Positions 43,682 to 43,924 of a stretch of DNA of 43,924 bases are shown piece after piece. How positions within the stretch are numbered: the stretch's first letter is position 1; every line of letters starts with the position of its first letter. The notes beneath the pieces were generated by a model. It did no database searches. It worked only from the letters and a program-made list of their open reading frames with translations, and had not been told where the DNA came from. A program made the position numbers and the translations under genes. The DNA comes from a virus. Lineage: Duplodnaviria > Caudoviricetes. The stretch lies in IMG/VR virus record IMGVR_UViG_3300046479_000024, positions 1 through 43,924 of that record; one strand, given 5' to 3'.

Positions 43682-43710
43682 TTGACATACAAAGCAGGTT
43701 TGTATACTAT
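43682..43710 (+). promoter_or_regulatory. Early promoter TTGACA-17-TACTAT with palindromic spacer TACAAA-GCAGG-TTTGTA
   Basis: Near-perfect consensus. Confidence 0.85.
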
Positions 43711-43724
43711 TTAATCATGCAAGG

Positions 43725-43750
43725 GCGGTACTCAACCGCATAAGGAGCAG
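43725..43750 (+). repeat. 26-bp leader repeat, copy 1
   Basis: Identical to 102-127. Confidence 0.9.
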
Positions 43751-43755
43751 CAAAA

Positions 43756-43924
43756 ATGAAGCAGCCTACACAGAAAGAGTTGGAAGCGGTATCTGAAGTG
43801 ATACGCTCGGTTGGATTTACCACGATGGCGCAAGAGTTCATGGAGCGCCCGGACGACCGGCAACGCATTGTTTCCTGCATGGTTCGCAATATCGCCCGCG
43901 ACGGCAAGGTTGCCGAGTCTCGCA
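43756..43924 (+). CDS. First early gene, partial (MKQPTQKELEAV...)
   Basis: SD TAAGGAG; open to window end. Confidence 0.7.
   Translation, partial: MKQPTQKELEAVSEVIRSVGFTTMAQEFMERPDDRQRIVSCMVRNIARDGKVAESR

Noticed and set aside
43756-43924. Exact in-frame circular join with positions 1-66
   Set aside because: Direct joining gives ...SRSGGGGEI* rather than the frame-1 AAAAAKFDLL... tail, so a few bases may be missing or mis-trimmed in the GCG run; circularity is inferred from repeats, not proven.

Overview
The window looks like a complete or nearly complete ~44-kb tailed dsDNA phage genome with podovirus-like architecture, probably circularly permuted and cut inside an early operon. The DnaB N-terminus and the style of the signal peptides suggest an Acidobacteriota host (inference from recall). 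Layout: (i) a rightward early operon (43.7 kb, continuing at 1-2.8 kb) with tandem-repeat proteins and a Lar-like protein; (ii) a leftward recombination/replication operon (9.6 to 2.9 kb: ERF, YqaJ exonuclease, initiator with internal iterons, DnaB, Gp37/Gp68); (iii) a rightward Cro-like/VRR-NUC operon (9.7-11.9 kb) ending in a truncated C5-methyltransferase; (iv) a long leftward late region (43.3 to 11.9 kb: terS, terL, portal, scaffold, MCP, adaptor, nozzle, ejection proteins, tailspike, lysis genes). I found no integrase or CI repressor. Most notable observations: a full 76-nt tRNA-Trp(CCA) embedded in frame, on the same strand, as the linker of a two-Zn-finger ORF, inside a 275-bp unit bounded by 12-bp direct repeats; Cys-paired putative virion proteins, including the tailspike, carrying Sec signal peptides; a large terminase whose predicted nuclease catalytic aspartates are replaced by Asn/Gln; an HNH gene that has captured a neighbour's start codon; probable ATC/ATT start codons; many leaderless regulatory genes; and several candidate structured RNAs. 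All product calls come from motif recognition and synteny, not database searches.
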